Shown here: one piece after another, positions 60,676 through 63,199 of the stretch
Layout of the letters: each line of letters opens with the position of its first letter
Position numbering within the stretch: position 1 is the stretch's first letter
Assembly: GCA_002898795.1 (NCBI GenBank)
Contig: BEIG01000003.1
Coordinates: forward strand, 1 to 63,199
Direction: 5' to 3'
DNA: 63,199 nt
DNA from: a bacterium HR30
GTDB taxonomy: Bacteria > Desulfobacterota > Binatia > HRBIN30
Notes under the pieces: generated by a model
Database searches by the model: none
What the model saw: only the letters and a program-made list of their open reading frames with translations
Told to the model about the DNA's origin: nothing
Translations under genes and position numbers: made by a program

Positions 60676-61779
60676 TTAGGCCAAGAGGTACCGAGCCATC
60701 TCGCAGAGAGCCGAGACGGACACGGGCGGGTTGCTTTGCACGGGTATCGTGGCCAATAGAGGAAGGCCACTGCTGCGAACCAACTCCGCAAGCGCCTGAG
60801 CATCGCGTTGGCTGCGCTCGGTGAGGGCCAAGTAATTCTCCCAAAGGCGCCGCACGAAAGGATCGTCGATGTTTGGTTTGGTGCGTTGCTGGCCTCCGAA
60901 GCAATGCACCCGGTTTGCCACGACACCAGCAATCGGATAACGGCCACCTTTGAGTTCGGCGGCGAACTCTTGGGCAATGGCAAGGGTGCGAGGTTCAGGG
61001 GTGGTGACGAGGAGGAAAGCGGTGTACTCCTCGCGCAACATTTTCGATGTGCGTTCAGCACGGTCGGCAAAGCGCTGCAACATAGACTCGAACCCGCTGA
61101 CAAAGTCCGCCAAATCCCTCAGCAGGGGTAGCCCGCTCCAACGTTGCAATGCTTCCAAGAGGGCGCGAAACACGAAGCGCGTCGTCCTCGTTGGAGCATT
61201 TTCGACAAGCCGCGCGGGCGCCTGCAGGAGGCCGACAGCACGCGAAGCGAGCAAAGTAAGGAGCCGACTGGGGGCAGCCAGTAAATCACGAACGTGCGCA
61301 CTGGGGGGCGTGTCGACGATGAGAACCTCGTACGTGCCGCTGTCGACGAGGTCGTGGAGCTTTTCCATGGCCATATACTCTGCAGATCCGGCGAGTTCAC
61401 TCGATAGCTCCCGGTAGAGGCGGTTGGCAAAGATGCGTTCCGCCACCTCTTGGTTGGGAGCGAAACGTTGCACCAGCTCGTCGAACATGTGTTTCGTGTC
61501 GAGGGCAAGCGCATCGAACGAGCGAGCCGCGCCATTCAGCTGGATGCGGTGAGGTGTGTGCGAGAGACGATCGAGTCCGAGAGCGGTTTTGAGCCGCTGT
61601 GCCGGGTCGACCGTGAGCACCGCAGTTTTCCGTCCGAGTAGGGCTGCGCTTACCGCCAGAGCCGCAGCCGTGGTGGTCTTGCCAACACCGCCACATCCTA
61701 CGCAAAGGATGAGCTGCTTGGTGCGCAACAAAGAAGTGAGCGAGTTGCGTGCTGCCGTGCTGCGTTCACTAGTTGGCAT
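60676..61779 (-). CDS. ArsA/Get3-family ATPase (Rv3680-like subunit)
   Basis: Motifs VGCGGVGKTTTAAA, LTVDPAQRL, EYMAMEKL, IVDTPPS, VTTPE and VVANR. Confidence 0.9.
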   Translation of the reverse strand: MPTSERSTAARNSLTSLLRTKQLILCVGCGGVGKTTTAAALAVSAALLGRKTAVLTVDPAQRLKTALGLDRLSHTPHRIQLNGAARSFDALALDTKHMFDELVQRFAPNQEVAERIFANRLYRELSSELAGSAEYMAMEKLHDLVDSGTYEVLIVDTPPSAHVRDLLAAPSRLLTLLASRAVGLLQAPARLVENAPTRTTRFVFRALLEALQRWSGLPLLRDLADFVSGFESMLQRFADRAERTSKMLREEYTAFLLVTTPEPRTLAIAQEFAAELKGGRYPIAGVVANRVHCFGGQQRTKPNIDDPFVRRLWENYLALTERSQRDAQALAELVRSSGLPLLATIPVQSNPPVSVSALCEMARYLLA

Positions 61780-62752
61780 GGCTTTTTTTCGTCCGTGGTG
61801 CAGATAGCCATCCCGCCTCGGCGAACAGCTCTTCGAGCAGTTGCCGGCCGCAGCGGCACAACTCTTCTGCGCCCGGTATACCGGAAAAGAACTCCGGAAC
61901 GAGCGCCGGTGCTTTACCGGTGCCGCGGCGGAGGGTACGCGCATGCCGCTCGGACTCTTGCTGCATGGCGACAGCATACCGTGCTGCTTCGAACAGTGGG
62001 CCGCCGTCCTCCTGTTCCACGATTTTTTGGACCTCGCTGCGAGAAAATCTTCGGGGGAACACACGGTTGAGGATTGGGCGGCCCACCGGCAGCAAGAGCT
62101 CTTGGCGCAGAACTGCCCAGGTCTCCAACGTTTCCTCCACTGCGAGCTCTTCAGCCACGCTCACGGGGACTACCAGACATCGCTCGGGGTTGGTGAGCAA
62201 CGCTTCGAGATGGAGTGCCGAGTGCCGGAGCGGGCCGGCAATCACCAAGTTGAGCATTTGCCGAGGAACGCGAAGAAGCTTGCGCATGTGGCCAGTGGCG
62301 GGTCCATCAACGAAAACCAAGTCAAAGCGTTGGCGGCGGTGCCAAAACGAGGCGTCGACCCAAGTCGAAAGATGCTCGAGCAGCAAGAATTCCGCGATCC
62401 CCGGAGCAGCGTTGGTAAGGGCGCGAAAGCTCGCACTCTCGAGTAAACGGTTTGCGAGGAAGGGTAGTTTGAGGAGGCGCGAGAAGTAGTCGCGCACGAG
62501 ATGCTGAGGATCCACCGCCACGGCTGCTAGATGCTCGTCAATCCGCCGTGGTTTCGAGTCGAGTTTGGAGAGGTGGAACAAACCGGCCAAACTTCCGTCG
62601 GCGGCCGTTTCGACTACAAGCGTACGGTTCCCGGCTGCAGCCGACGCCAAACCAAGGGCAGCCGTGATGGTCGTCTTACCCACTCCGCCTTTGCCGGTTA
62701 TGAAAACGACGCGCCCCGCGCCCACAGCGCCAATCCTAGCTAGTGGGCCCAT
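61769..62752 (-). CDS. ArsA/Get3-family ATPase (Rv3679-like subunit)
   Basis: Motifs ITGKGGVGKTT, AAPGIAEF, VDGPATGH, EELAVEET and ILNRV. Overlaps the partner gene by 11 nt. Confidence 0.88.
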   Translation of the reverse strand: MGPLARIGAVGAGRVVFITGKGGVGKTTITAALGLASAAAGNRTLVVETAADGSLAGLFHLSKLDSKPRRIDEHLAAVAVDPQHLVRDYFSRLLKLPFLANRLLESASFRALTNAAPGIAEFLLLEHLSTWVDASFWHRRQRFDLVFVDGPATGHMRKLLRVPRQMLNLVIAGPLRHSALHLEALLTNPERCLVVPVSVAEELAVEETLETWAVLRQELLLPVGRPILNRVFPRRFSRSEVQKIVEQEDGGPLFEAARYAVAMQQESERHARTLRRGTGKAPALVPEFFSGIPGAEELCRCGRQLLEELFAEAGWLSAPRTKKSHAN

Positions 62753-62974
62753 TCAGAGCCAGCACTGCGGGGAAGTTAGAAATCGATATACCCGGAAGGG
62801 GGTGGCCGGCACGCCCCGATTGGGCACGATCGCGGTGGTTCGTTCGTCGGAGGCTTTTGGTACCGGAACAAAATGTGGCAGCACGTAACACCAGTTGGCC
62901 ACCATTTTTCCTGGGGCTGGCCGGGCTACTCTTGCAGAGCTCGAAAAAACACCGGTCCTACATTATGGGTGCGC

Positions 62975-62990
62975 TGGCGCCTGGCATGCA
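62975..62990 (+). promoter_or_regulatory. Candidate sigma54 (-24/-12) promoter for glpK
   Basis: TGGCGC-CTGGC-ATGCA has exact GG-N10-GC spacing and ends about 40 nt before the glpK ATG. Confidence 0.4.
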
Positions 62991-63029
62991 GGATGGAACC
63001 TATTGTGGTGGACTAGCAGGAGAGCAGGA

Positions 63030-63199
63030 ATGACGCGGTACATCGTAGCTATCGATCAAGGAACTACGGGGACAACCGTTTTGGTATTCGACGAAGCAGG
63101 AAAATTGCGCGGAAGAGCATACCAAGAATTCACCCAGTACTATCCCCGGCCCGGTTGGGTCGAACACGACGCGGAGGAGATTTGGCAGTCGACGCTGGC
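63030..63199 (+). CDS. glpK: Glycerol kinase, 5' fragment (runs off window)
   Basis: [46 protein letters not shown], with AGGAG RBS. Not in the ORF track. Confidence 0.9.
   Translation, partial: MTRYIVAIDQGTTGTTVLVFDEAGKLRGRAYQEFTQYYPRPGWVEHDAEEIWQSTL

Noticed and set aside
60676-62752. Arsenite-efflux ArsA annotation
   Set aside because: There are no arsR/B/C/D neighbours and no metalloid-binding Cys cluster. Two single-domain genes with complementary motif loss fit the Get3-like/BagAB class.
1-63199. CRISPR arrays, IS elements, integrases, rRNA, recoding (Sec/Pyl, frameshifts)
   Set aside because: None seen by eye: no regularly spaced repeats, transposase or recombinase motifs, or interrupted conserved genes. 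Short degenerate elements could have been missed without computation.

Overview
Chromosomal backbone of a GC-rich, diderm bacterium. Gene content resembles deltaproteobacterial-type genomes; my inference is Binatota/Binatia-like, unverified. No mobile element, CRISPR array, rRNA or clear pseudogene was seen. Left to right: (1) a 3'-truncated secreted beta-helix/PKD protein missed by the ORF track, a PaaI thioesterase, opgG, yihY, a tungsten-type aldehyde:ferredoxin oxidoreductase and two small genes; (2) a minus-strand DUF1302-YCF48-RND-DUF1329 envelope cluster, with a second DUF1302 paralog separated from it by an inverted gene; (3) comM-dprA-topA-trmFO-CBS/ACT-glnE-ilvE; (4) the standout, a tandem A1-B1-A2-B2 array of four paralogous, secreted, cysteine-rich ~390-400 aa proteins of no family I recognise, in which each AB pair has the same TTGACA-N17-TATAAG promoter, every mature chain has an odd cysteine count, the B genes share an exact 40-nt tract and one strong terminator closes the array; (5) prmA-rsmE-gshB, a GDPD gene, rpsU-cvpA-dnaG (no rpoD), tRNA-Ile(CAU), a zinc-ribbon gene and rnpB; (6) a dcw cluster lacking rsmH, murE and ddl; (7) radical SAM-acpS, a phasin-like gene, a Get3/ArsA-like ATPase pair and the start of glpK. 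Start codons were re-chosen by eye from RBS and motif evidence and are approximate. No database search was run.
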